Below, piece by piece: positions 12,472-23,760 of a stretch of DNA of 64,000 nt (position 1 is its first letter; each line of letters opens with the position of its first letter). The notes beneath the pieces were generated by a model. The model worked only from the letters and a program-made list of their open reading frames with translations. It made no database searches and was not told the origin of the DNA. The stretch is from assembly GCA_965645245.1 (NCBI GenBank), contig OZ287080.1:1240001-1304000 (forward strand), in the 5' to 3' direction. The stretch is from Massalongia carnosa (lineage: Eukaryota). Position numbers and translations under genes: made by a program.

Positions 12472-14464
12472 AGTAGAGTGCGTGTAGTAGGAGAGGTGTG
12501 CAGTTGACTTGCAATGCTCTTTGGGAACAATTGATCTCGAATTGACAATGGTCTGCAGCTGGATCTTCCTTGCTTCGAATGAGAACATTGGTTAAGGCAA
12601 GGCAATCGTGAAAGGCAACATGCTTGGATCACGGGTGTGTCGAAACATGTATGCTTTTGTGGACGGTACTGATAGGCCACAGTGATTCACGAGAGCATCA
12701 GGATGAACGCGAGCGAAATAGTCGTGCACGATACGATGGACACAAATACACCGGATTGGAATATCGGAATATCGTGTATGACGCATGTTCCGCATGAGAG
12801 ACAAAATAGCCACGAGAAGCGCAGTCATGATGATCGATAGAGTACAGAATAGTCCCTAATCACTTGACTGACCGTTCTTCCTCATCCGACGACCAATTCA
12901 TGGTCAAACACAGCACGATGTTAATCGCTGCGATGCGGTCTCTTGTCAGCGCAAGGTGCAAGGCGCAGCCTCATGAGTGTTTCGGCATGATGGTGAAGGC
13001 TAACAGCAGCGAATCGGGGCGATTAGGACATCTGATGGGGGTTGTAGGAACCTGAAGGTCGTTCCTCTCCTTGGGGTTTTTTAAAAGCTGGCCTAGAGAA
13101 TTCTATAGCTAGCATCGTCATTAGCTTGAAACTGGTGATGGACAACGCCTCGAGATATTGTGCGACCATCCCCAGGCAGGATGGATCGAGATGGAATAGC
13201 CTTTAATCAGTATCTGTGCTCTGTTCGCTATCCAGAAACTCTGGACCGAAGAGATACAGAGCACTGGATTATGATTGGATTGGTTGGGACATGGGGCATG
13301 GGGGTAAATGCGGGCGCGGGTGCGGGCGCGGGTGCGGGCGAGGCAGGCACAAAACGGATAGCACAACACTCCGTACTTGTAGAGTACTTCGTACTCAGAT
13401 TCGCTTTGGATGGAGGGGATCCAGATCAACCGGCGAAGTTCAAAACTCGAGAATGACCGAAACATTCCATGCCATTCCATCTGCCAACACACGACTAACT
13501 AAACTCACGACGGCGTACGGAGTACATAGTATAGAGTATTTGTAAGCGGTTCACTCGATTCAGCCTGAACGGAGTGATGGAGGCTGGACAAGCTTGAAAC
13601 AAGTGCCACTCGGGAGAAAGAAAGGGGGGGGTTTAGGGCTTCTAGGGCTTCGAGAACTTTCACGGGTAAGAGGCTTAACATGCAGTTTCGAAACATCTTT
13701 CGATAAGCGAACCAATCAAAGGCGCTTCATTGGAATGCGCGTGGGCTCCCCTCCATTACCATAGGTCAGATAAAGATATCCTTCGTGGTGGGCTGGCTTA
13801 CAGAGCACCTTGACGAGCATCAGACTTAGTAAGAGCTGCCGTTGTGACAACAGTATTGGGGAGTCGCTGTCCGTCTTCGGTCGCAAATGATCTCGAATAG
13901 AGTATAGAGTAAGACAGCTGTACGGTGCAATGGTATTCCTCAACGCTACAAAGTATCTATCTAGGTATTCGGTACCATGCTTGATGAAGTCATACCCTTC
14001 GTCCTGAAAACTAGCCGTTGGATTTAAGCTAGTTACCAAGTGACGCGGGAAATATATGCATAACCCCATAAATACGAAGTACACCAGGCAAATATCTTAT
14101 TGATGATCTAGGATGGGCCACGATATGCTCTGAAAGCAGAAACCCTTAGCCGTGAACCACTCGTATGACCTTTGGGCCTGGATTGGCTCGTCCTCCTGAT
14201 GGCTCGTGATGGCGTGTCAAGTGCAAAATGCCAAGAGAGTGGAGAGGGGGAATAAAACTCAATTCATAAATTCCCGCCTCCACGGCTTGATTTTGCGTAG
14301 AATTCTGCCCAGAAGTAGGAGCTGTCTTTACTTGCCCTTCGCACCAATGACATGAAACAATCTTACCGAGTCTTCATGCCGGTCGCCAAGACGCTGCCAA
14401 GCTGTCAAAGCTGACTATATGAGTATTTTTACAAGTTGGTGCGCAAGGAAGAATCAATTCCCGG

Positions 14465-16423
14465 TCATCTCTCAGGCAATGGAAGCAACGCCTGTCTATA
14501 TGGTGCATCACTTTTGGGAGAGCCGAGACTGGTTAACTCGAGTAGGGTTGTGAACAGACGAGTCTGCTTCAAGTGGGCTCTTAATGCCAAGGAACCGCTG
14601 ACCAACCTTCTGGGAGCATCTTGATCCGAAAGTGCCGGCTCACCCCGACACCTTTCAAGTTTCGGAGGCGGATTTCGAGATAGCCCCTGGAGAGTATGAC
14701 TACAAAAGTGCGTGGACAAGTCCGAATCCGATTCACAAATCTTTCGACAGATGGCCACCGGACAAGCAAAGCCCACCGTTGTGCCATGTGTGTTGGGCTC
14801 GGCGAGCCAGTCCGTAGAATATTCAGCTACTGTTGGCCTCGGCATTTCCGTTGCCGTGACTCCTACAGATTGTGTCTCATGGTCGACAAATAGGTCCATG
14901 AAGTCAGCAACAGTCTGAACGTCTTTCATACTACTCATCGCTCCTAGACTAACACGTATGATCCCTGTTGGCTTTCCATTAAGGATGTCAATCTGATTTC
15001 CACACCGTAATCCCTGGACGAAGTTATGCCGCATTTCATTTGGGGTGAGGGCTAAGAAGTGCGCAATTCCCCCGGGATTGCAGACCCCGCCAGTTCTTAA
15101 TTGAATACCGTTCACGATGGCCAGTTGCTCGAAATGGGATTTATTGATCCAAACGCCATTGCTGTCTTGAAGATTGAAAGCAATGGTGGGTCCCTGGGTC
15201 ATGCTGTCTCCGTACCTGGAATTTGTACCACGATAAACACAGCACAGAGGACTGCCGTTTGCGTGAGAAAGACTTGTTAATCGGTCGTACAGCATTTTCG
15301 CGAGATGGCTTGTGTGGTGAGACACATGTTCCATTGAACCATAAAGCCTGCTGTGAATCTTCAAGGCCGAGTCCAGAGCTATTATACTATGGAAAGCTGG
15401 GGTTCCATCCTCGAACGCATCGTGAATAGACGATTCTTTTCTTGCATACCATGCTTCATCAGGATCACCCATAGCGTTGATGACCATATCAACAGTCCCT
15501 CCGCCGAAAAAGCGTCTTCTTTGGAGCACCCTCTCGGCGCCTTTGCGAACTAATAAACCTCCCAGGTCCGGAAATCCAAAGATTTTGTAGAAGCTTAAGG
15601 CGGTAAAGTCCGGCGCATTTTTCCAGTCACTAAGGTCTAACTGGGCTGTAGCAACGAAGGCGGCCGCATCCACCAGGCTGTATACTCGATAATGCTGGGG
15701 CAGTTCAGACGCTCGGATCCGGCCAGGCCAGCTTAGAGGCAACCGTCTTCCGTTCATATTTGATTGTGCGGGATATGCAAAAAGGCCAATATCCTTGATA
15801 GGTTTCATCGGCCGCGAGGATGAAGGAAATGCGAGGTTGTCGCCGGAGAGCCACGTCTCAACATCTTGGTCGGAGGCAAAGCACATCGCGCCTGCCGATG
15901 CGATCTCCCTCCCCCCAACAAGAGAGGTGTGAGAATCTGCATGATAGCCGTACCAGAACGAATCCGCCTCTGGACTTTGAGCAGAACCGCACATGCCATC
16001 CATGACCATTTTAATTGCTGCAGTTGTGTTGGCTACAAAGATCAGATCAAAATGCTTCGGGTCTGCCTTGAAGAACTCTAGCATACGAGCGCGAACCGCC
16101 TCAATTCGAAGCGTAGAGAGTGTGGACGACGGTGAGCGTGAGTGTGGGTTTCCCAATATATTGGAGTTCATGTCTTTAGCAAAGTCTTTCATCAACGACG
16201 TCGCGAAAAGCGTAGTCCCGCCATGATCGAGGTAGGTTGTTCCTACGATTCAATACAATTAAATCATTTTTCAAGATTGAAAGTGAACAAATAAAAATCT
16301 ACCAGCCAATAAAGGATATTCTGCCTTCCTGATCTTTTCCACGGATTTCTTATATCTGCTAGTTTCAACCTTCATGGAGTGTTTCGCCGATCCTTTGTCT
16401 TGATCATCCTCAAGATTCTGCAT
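14465..16423 (-). CDS. Molybdenum cofactor sulfurase-like PLP enzyme (NifS-like domain only) with C-terminal C2H2 finger
   Basis: Exon 1 from ATG 16423 (…IRKAEYPLLA), intron, TTYLDHGGTT, FAYPAQSNMNG, LVDAAAFV, SFYKIFGFPDLG (PLP Lys), FEDGT, LRTGGVCNPGG (catalytic Cys), RVSLGAMS; no MOSC domain. Confidence 0.85.
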
Positions 16424-17025
16424 GCTTGCTATCAACCGAAAAGACTACTTGGTGTTAGATGGTAAGGACTAACATCTAACATCCATCTAGTTGTTAGATG
16501 GTAAGTGTTAGACTGTTAGACTACCATCATATGCATCCATCTACTGCTTATCTTCGGTGACCCTACCACGGGGGCCGAAGTGACCTCCGGGGACCGAGAT
16601 TCAGTGGACCGGCTGACTCCTTATGAAAAGGGTCGCCGAAAGGTCTCCAATGTGACTGCTATATAATGAAGTAGATAGCTCACATATAATCCACACCTTT
16701 AATGACAATCATGCTATTACACCTACAAAGTGAATCAATAATTTCATACTTGGTATTACTCTTATGTCGACACTTTCCCTTTGGGGCGAGTAGATTCGGG
16801 ACAGACCCCATCCGGCAGACCCCTCGTAAAGTTCTACCGTATAATTTCCCATATAAGCCTCGGGGCGTATAGCTAAGATGACTGAACCGAGGTGATTTTG
16901 AACGGGGGTTTATAGCCAAAAGGGTTAATAGCCAAATCATTTTTATAGTCAAATAGGGGCTTATAACAACGGGTGGAAAAAAAAATTTTCCCGCCACCCC
17001 CCAATACATTTTCTCTTTTTTTGAT

Positions 17026-17236
17026 CATTGCCCTTCCTATACATTGCCCTTCCTATACATTGCCCTTCCTATACATTGCCCTTCCTATACATTGCCCTTC
17101 CTATACATTGCCCTTCCTATACATTGCCCTTCCTATACATTGCCCTTCCTATACATTGCCCTTCCTATACATTGCCCTTCCTATACATTGCCCTTCCTAT
17201 ACATTGCCCTTCCTATACATTGCCCTTCCTATACAT
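17026..17236. repeat. Minisatellite, 16-bp unit CCCTTCCTATACATTG, ~13 perfect copies
   Basis: Direct reading; gives 16-aa periodicity IALPIHCPSYTLPFLY in the ORF track. Confidence 0.97.
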
Positions 17237-17242
17237 CTCAAT

Positions 17243-19103
17243 ATGGCCCCCCCACATATATCTCCTAAAAAGACTCGTACCGGTCCTCGTACAAAATCAG
17301 TTGTTTCCAGAAGCTTATGGGCATCAAGTGTCAAAAAATCAGGCTATTCACAGTCATCTCAGACATCTTTCGGAGACAATACTCAGATAACTGAACAGTT
17401 TCGTTTGATACGTGAATCGGCTGATGACGTGTCTAATAGAAATTCGGATGATGAAATCACTCGTCGAAGAAAATCCTACACACGAGAGAATAAGTTAGCT
17501 GCTATCAACTATGCTACAACAACTTGGAAGACTCAAAAAGACGGAACTCTTAAGCTTATTAGTAAATACGAAGCTGCAAAAAATCTAGGAATTGATCTAG
17601 CTATGCTTCGTAGATGGTTAAAAACAAGCTCCGTAATCGAAAACATGAGTACTGGAATCAGAAAAAACAGACCTCTCAATACTGGCTGTCAGGAACCGGA
17701 GTTGGAAAGACAGCTGATTGAGCTGTTTAAAGACAAAAGAGAAGCTGGAATGAAGGTTGATAAACGATGGATTATACGTCAGGCAAAACATATATATGCC
17801 GAGTTGTATCCACATCGAATTATTCGAAAAGCGGGGAAAAGAGATGAGTATCTAGGCTTCAAATTCTCTGTTGGGTGGTTTAATAACTTCAGGAATCGAG
17901 TCGGTATTTCTCCACGAGCAGTTACCAAAAAATCACAGATAGTTTCCGAGAATTTGCGGTCCACTATTGAAAGTTGGCTGCAATTCAATCGACGTAATTC
18001 TCAGCCCTTAATAGGTCAAATTCCACAGCACGGAGGGGGAAGATATCGTCTTTGTGATATTGGTAACATGGATCAAACCCCAATTGCGTACGAATTTCTG
18101 GACGGACATACCTACGACTTCAAGGGGGCTAAAACGATATGGGCCAAGACGCATAGATCGGGATGGGATAAGAGACAAGCTACACTAATGATATACGTCT
18201 CTGCTGATGGGATAAATCGTTGCAAACCGCTTCTTATCTTCAGGGGAAAAGACGGAATCAAAAACAGTCGTATAAAGAAGGAGATAAGTCAGTATCATAC
18301 AGGGGTGTCGGTCCAATGGAATGATACTGCATGGAGCAATACCACGGTCATGATTCGATGGCAAAACATCAATATAAGTACGCTACCGTCGGATTCGTCA
18401 ATCGAGATGCTCGAGATGCTACACCTCGATTGTTGACTTTAGACGTATTCAGAGGACAGAAAACCGACGAGGTATGCTTTTAATCTGATAAGATAACAAT
18501 TGATTAACTGACTGATTTGTAGGTTCGAGATGCTTTTCGAGAGTTGAATATTACCCTTCCTTTATCCCCTCGGGCTGCACCGGCTACGTTCAAGTTTTGG
18601 ACGTAGCAGTCAACAAACCCATTAAAAATCGAATAAAGGAGCTGGCCGACATGCATTTCGACATGCATTTCGACATGCATTTCGAGCAATGGAATCAGGG
18701 AAAATACACTGTGGGGGATCGTCGAATCATGCTTACTCAATGGGTTGGACAAGCTTGGAAGGAATTTCATGAAGAAAGCTCCGATGTAATTCGTCGAGCG
18801 TTTAGAAAATTAGGACTTTCTCTGGCCATAGATGGATCGGAAGATGACGAATTGCATGTAGAAGATCTTCCGGGCATTGAGGTGGGAAATTGGAGACGAA
18901 ATAACGAGGAAGAAATAGAGACAGCTGAGAGAATAGATGAGAGGGCAGATGAGGGGACAAATGACGAGACAAATAAGGTAGTTATGGATGAGAATATTAG
19001 GGGGGGATACGAGTATGTTTTAAGAGATGAAATAGGGTCGAATATTGAGGAAAACGATGGCGGGGAAGATAATAGCGGCGACAGCGAGATGGATGAAGAA
19101 TAA
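17243..19103 (+). pseudogene. pogo transposase (CENP-B HTH + DDE_1), frameshifted
   Basis: FKFSVGWFNNFRNR, NMDQTP, TLDVFRGQ, QVLDVAVNKPIK; 1-nt frameshifts near 18360 and 18557; intron 18472-18522; 12-bp triplication GACATGCATTTC at ~18648-18683. Confidence 0.88.
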
Positions 19104-20756
19104 TAGGAAGGTACTTCAAATTCAGTGTGAATTACTAGGTAAATTAAGTACCTCTATATCTTCTTAAGAATTAGGAGCTTATAGCCCAATACCCCTCGGT
19201 CTGAAAATTCAATTTTAGAACACAGGCTTATAGCCGAAAAGGGGTTAATAGTTAAGTCCAGGCTTATATGGGAAATTATACGGTACTGCTTATTAGGACT
19301 AGCTTAAGCCTCACCCTCACACTAAATTAATAGTCCATCTACTAATGCAACGTCCCTTCCGCAAGCTTCATATACCTAGCTGATAAGCCGAAAAGATCGT
19401 TATATCCAGATTGACTGTATGAAAAAGTCACACCTATGACACTCTACTATTCCATTACTATTGTTCAATTTTCTGATCTAGGGAAAATAAGGCGGAGGCC
19501 ATGACTGAGAGAAAGAATATAATCGAAAAGATGATAAACGTTGGGTATATGGGATGATTACCCCTCATCAAATAATCCGAGGCTAGCTACGTGTGATGTT
19601 TGAATTGGCTACAGCAATAAGTAATGTTGCAAGTGACTGGGTATATGAAGCTTGCGGGGACGTTGCATTAGTAGATGGACTGTTAATTTAGTGTGAGGGT
19701 GAGGCTTAAACTAGTCCTAATAAGCAGTAGAACTTTACGAGGGGTCTGCCAGATAGTGCTTCACCGGCCTCCGAGGCTTGATTCAGCAACGTTAGCTTCA
19801 CACATTCTTAGGCTAGATCCGTCAGATTGTGCGATAATATCTTGAGATTGCACGTTATTTGAATTTTTAAAGCTGGTCCGGGAGCGCAGAGTTTAAGCTG
19901 TCTCTTGTGATGGTGTGCAGGTTTCGCATAGCAAGCCAAGACAACATGTTTATTAACTATAAATAGCATATTCTATTGGAGACTGGGCTCCATGGACGTG
20001 GGATAAATTTCTCCAGAGCCAAGGTACTTCGTACAGACTCTAATATTAGATAGTTGCATACATTAGAGCCCCTTTAGTTATGTACTCACAGCGGTGACAA
20101 AAAAAACGACAACGTGTCAGCGAAATTTACACTACAATCTTGCTTGCATTACTTTTTTACTCATGATCAAAACACGATTAAAGCGTTTAAAGAAGTCCTC
20201 ATGACATAAAGTTATTTTAAAACATCAGTCTGCACTTTCACTTACAAACCGGAAAAGTTAAGACGTTCATTTCCACAAGTTGTCATTTTTTTTGGTTACA
20301 TAAAGTTGCATCGTACGGCTAGTCGCTTGCTTATGTAATCCTCTCCCTCCAAGAAGCATTCGCTTCTAGTCGGGGAAAGCAAACTTCGTAGGAAAGCGAA
20401 GTCGCAACGTTAAACCACCACCACATCACTAAAGCACCACCGCATCATTTAAATTACTATCACATTTACTATCATATTATTATTATTATCACATCATAGA
20501 TCATTGCTATCTATATCTACAATGGATTCTGTATCCTTACAAACACGTATTAGTGATGTGTCAAGGACTGGGTTGGGAATTGAACTAATGTTCCTAGGAA
20601 TTGGATTGGATGATCAAGATGTCTTTATTAATGAGGCTATAGCTAGGAGGTGGTTTGCTATACAAGACGTCGGACGAGGAGTCAGCTATCTACTAGATAT
20701 GTCCTCTTTTTATACCTGAGCCAGCCCCTTCTTTCTCATGTTTTACCTTCACCCTA

Positions 20757-22041
20757 CACCTACGCCGGGGGGTTATTTGTTAGGGAGGTACAAAGCAGGG
20801 GGGGGGAGACAGGGGGGAAGACAGGGATTATTTTAGATCGGGCGCAATAAAGTTGACCAATCACACTTCTTTAAAATTTGGTATGCTTTCCTTCGGCATC
20901 AATAACTGCCTGACATCGCTCCATCATGGACTCGATCAGCTCATTTAACTGATCAGCACCGACCGCATCCCATGCCTCCCTCACTGCCTGACGTAGTTGA
21001 TCGTAGGACAGTTTGTCTTCATTTCCATAGTGCATCTGAATCCAATTTTTCATGATTTCCCATACAGTTTCTATAGGGTTCAAGTCAGGCGAGAATGGGG
21101 GCCATAGAATAGTCGAAATATCGCGTTCTTGAAGTTCCTGAATAGTAAAATTTGCTGCATGGCCAGGCGCGTTGTCTTGCATGAATTGTAGCTCCGGATG
21201 CATACGTATCCAACCATGTACAAGAGGCACTATACGCTCGCAGTATGATTCCTTATTGATAGTCCCCAAATCCTTCTCCCAAAAGAGACATGGCCCTTTT
21301 TGTATGCCCGCAAAGCAGCCCCAAAACATCCATCCGCCTTGTCGTCTCAAACGAGGAACAATACAGGTAGGGTCCAACTCTTCATGAGCTCGTCTGGTTA
21401 CCCATACGCGTTGATGACGCGTGCCGTTGACCCAAGTCTCGTCGCTCCACAGTATAAAATTCCATTGCTCTTTCGTCCAGTTTAAATGCTCCAATGACCA
21501 TTCCAATCGTCGCAGGCGATTTACTTCGGAAATCGGAGGTTTGCTACGAGCAATGCGTCTCGAAAATCCTTCTTTTTTCAATGCTTTTCGTATAACATCT
21601 TCAGAGACATTCCAACCAAGCTTCCAAGCTAGTTGAGCGTAAGAAAGTCGCCTGTTTTCTGCAGAAGCGCATACGAAATTGATTAACATTTGACGAGCAT
21701 CGTCACTAATAATGCTGCGCGGGCCGCAATTTTTTTTCTGCGGAGTAGGGCGACCGGCGGTGCAGGAGTATTGGACTTGACGAATGGTAATGCCCAAATG
21801 TTTAGCAATTTGCTCGTATGACCATCCAATTTCTCTTAATGTGGTGACCTAAATACGCTGGTCTCGCGTTAAATCAGACTGCTTTTTGGGCGTTGAGGGG
21901 GGGGGCACTGTTGCTTCCATTCTGAATGATCGAAATGAATTTTCTTTTTGGGATGAGATGCCTAAGAAGTAAACCTCAAAAGGTTAGCGGATTTTTACCC
22001 CTGCATGTACACCACTAACAAATAACCCCCCGGAAAAGGTG
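20757..22041 (-). mobile_element. Tc1-family (DD34E) DNA transposon
   Basis: Imperfect ~43-bp TIRs CACC(TACG/TTTT)CCGGGGGGTTATTTGTTAG..., TA TSD at 20755-20756 and 22042-22043. Confidence 0.92.
20871..21920 (-). pseudogene. Tc1 transposase with one premature stop
   Basis: ATG 21920, in-frame TAG at 21851-21849, then open to 20871; WSDE, MFWGCF, FMQDNAPGH, WPPFSPDLNPIE with D-34-E spacing. Confidence 0.9.
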
Positions 22042-22925
22042 TAGATGAGAGATTTTTGTGATGGTGGCGGCGATAAGGTGGAGCGATAAGTGGGCCAGTG
22101 GATGTGATCGTTCTAGCGATAAGAGGGTATAGTGGAGTGAGGAGATTGGTGGAGTGGAGTAAGGGGTTTATTCAGACTCATACCGAGGATGAATCTGAAT
22201 AGGCTTTCAGGTGGCTTTTACCTCGATCGCCGCTTGGCGGTTCGGGGTAATCAATTAGGTTTTAACTCAAACTTTATTTCATGACATGACGCTAAAACAT
22301 TCTTGTTGGAAAATCCTGACGAACGAACTGCATACGCAGCTCAGATATTCAAAATTCGGCCTACAACGTTGTACAGCTCTATTGCGACTGATAAGAAATC
22401 TTCTTTTTCTGATATGAAATCTTCTTCCAGTGCAAAAAGTGCAAGAGGTGGACAAAACAAGATACTTGAGGAACATCAAGTAAAAGCGATTCATCACTTT
22501 ATTCGATCCTTACTTGCACAGGGTATCAACCATCGCACGGAGTTGTAGTCAATGCAATTGTCAGTTTAAAACGCGGGCAAAATCCTGAGTCGAGTGGACC
22601 TACTCTACGCTGGTTCAGAACATGGTGGAAAAAGAATAACCTACACAAGATCAAGACTAAGCCATTAGCAATGATACGATTCACCGCTGCACAAGAGAAG
22701 GATATACAAGCATGATTTGTAGATTATAGACAAGCTTTAAAGACGTTACAGATCAAAACAAAGAAGAGTATTGTCAATTTCGATGAGGCAGGCTTTCGTG
22801 TTGGGTGTATGAAAGGGCATCAAATTCTGGCACCCACAGACTTATTAGAAGTTAGATTCTATATTCTTATTCATTTATTCAGCAAGTTAAATATGTATTT
22901 TAGTTCTATGTGATAAGTCCTGAAA

Positions 22926-23760
22926 TCGGTCGCAAACGACTTCAAAAGCCCACCCCGGGAGAGCTGAAACACATCTGGGCCAAAAGCCTACTGATCGACT
23001 CAAAAATAGTTCAACCACCAAAGGCACACCCACCATGGTTCGAAGTTCTACCCGGCGTGGCACCGCGAAGCTACCGTTGCGGCAACGGCCCGACACAAGC
23101 AGATGCAAACAATCAAAGCACGACAAATGAAGGTCTGGAACGACTCGTGGTGCGCATATCAAAATCACGTCATCGAACCCTCCATAGCACAATCAGTCCC
23201 ACTGAGCAAAAAACGGCTGAAAAAAGGCAGAAAGCGCACAAATCCGCACTAGCAAGATCGGGTTAGCTGACTTCCTCTACAAGCAACGGGACCTCATCGG
23301 CCTGCTCATGTGGCTGGCACAGACAAACTCCAGAACATGTAATCATGTTCTGCAGACTTATTGACAATAGAGAACAGATGTTTCGCGCCGCCGGCACGAG
23401 CGACTATCAGCAGCTGACCGAATCATCAAAAACTCTGAAGATACTAACTGCTTGGCTAATGAAAACAGGCTTATTGAATCAATTCTCACTAGCATCAACA
23501 TTATTGTACAATCAACAATAGTTGAACCTTTCTTTCTTTCTTCTCTTTTCACAAGGCATTACAGTTCCCACACGTCTTTTGCACTGCGTCTCCCGCCCGA
23601 CGTCGACCCGTAGTCACATCGGACGGGTATCAAGGGACATGGTTTTTACATCTGTGAAAGGTTTTCCATGTAACATAACTTAGATAGCTTTGCCCGCATG
23701 GGCCGGCCTACGGCCGGTGTCATATCGGAGTATGAATTCATCATCATCATCATCATCATC
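22926..23760 (+). mobile_element. 5'-truncated LINE (Tad1/CgT1-like ORF2 C-terminus + 3' UTR)
   Basis: AQIRTSKIGLADFLYKQR and ACSCGWHRQTPEHVIMFC...WLMKTGLLNQFSLA; ends in (TCA)n tail; 11-bp TSD AAGTCCTGAAA at 22915-22925 and 23761-23771. Confidence 0.88.

Larger units (their letters stand above)
16837..19283 (+). mobile_element. pogo-superfamily DNA transposon (DD35D), defective
   Basis: Perfect 24-bp TIRs CCGTATAATTTCCCATATAAGCCT at 16837-16860 and 19260-19283, TA TSD on both sides; transposase inside. Confidence 0.93.
16810..19754. mobile_element. Foldback/MITE-like element (~500 bp, ~118-bp inverted arms) split by a pogo insertion
   Basis: 16810-16836 joined to 19286-19379 is the near-exact reverse complement of 19637-19754. 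Confidence 0.8.
20559..22286 (-). mobile_element. Solo LTR (~440 bp after removing the nested Tc1)
   Basis: Ends TGTCA...TGACA; 5-bp TSD TGATG (20554-20558)/TGACG (22287-22291); minus-strand TATAAAAA (20714-20707) and AATAAA (20629-20624); repeated GCGATAAG in the other half; removal restores the host transposase frame. Confidence 0.82.

Noticed and set aside
16553..16640. GC-rich stem (TTCGGTGACCC...GGGTCGCCGAA), possible structured RNA or ribozyme
   Set aside because: Short imperfect stem with no recognisable tRNA, snoRNA or hammerhead consensus
17026..17236. Possible CRISPR-like array or repeat-protein N-terminus (ORF 16973)
   Set aside because: Units are contiguous with no spacers, the genome is eukaryotic, and the transposase ATG at 17243 follows the array; the upstream frame is open only because the unit has no stops
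20086..20300. Possible Tc1-type MITE (CAGCGGTGACAAAAAAAACGACAAC ... GTTGTCATTTTTTTTGGTTACA)
   Set aside because: Only the inner part of the inverted repeat matches; right terminus and TSD not recoverable
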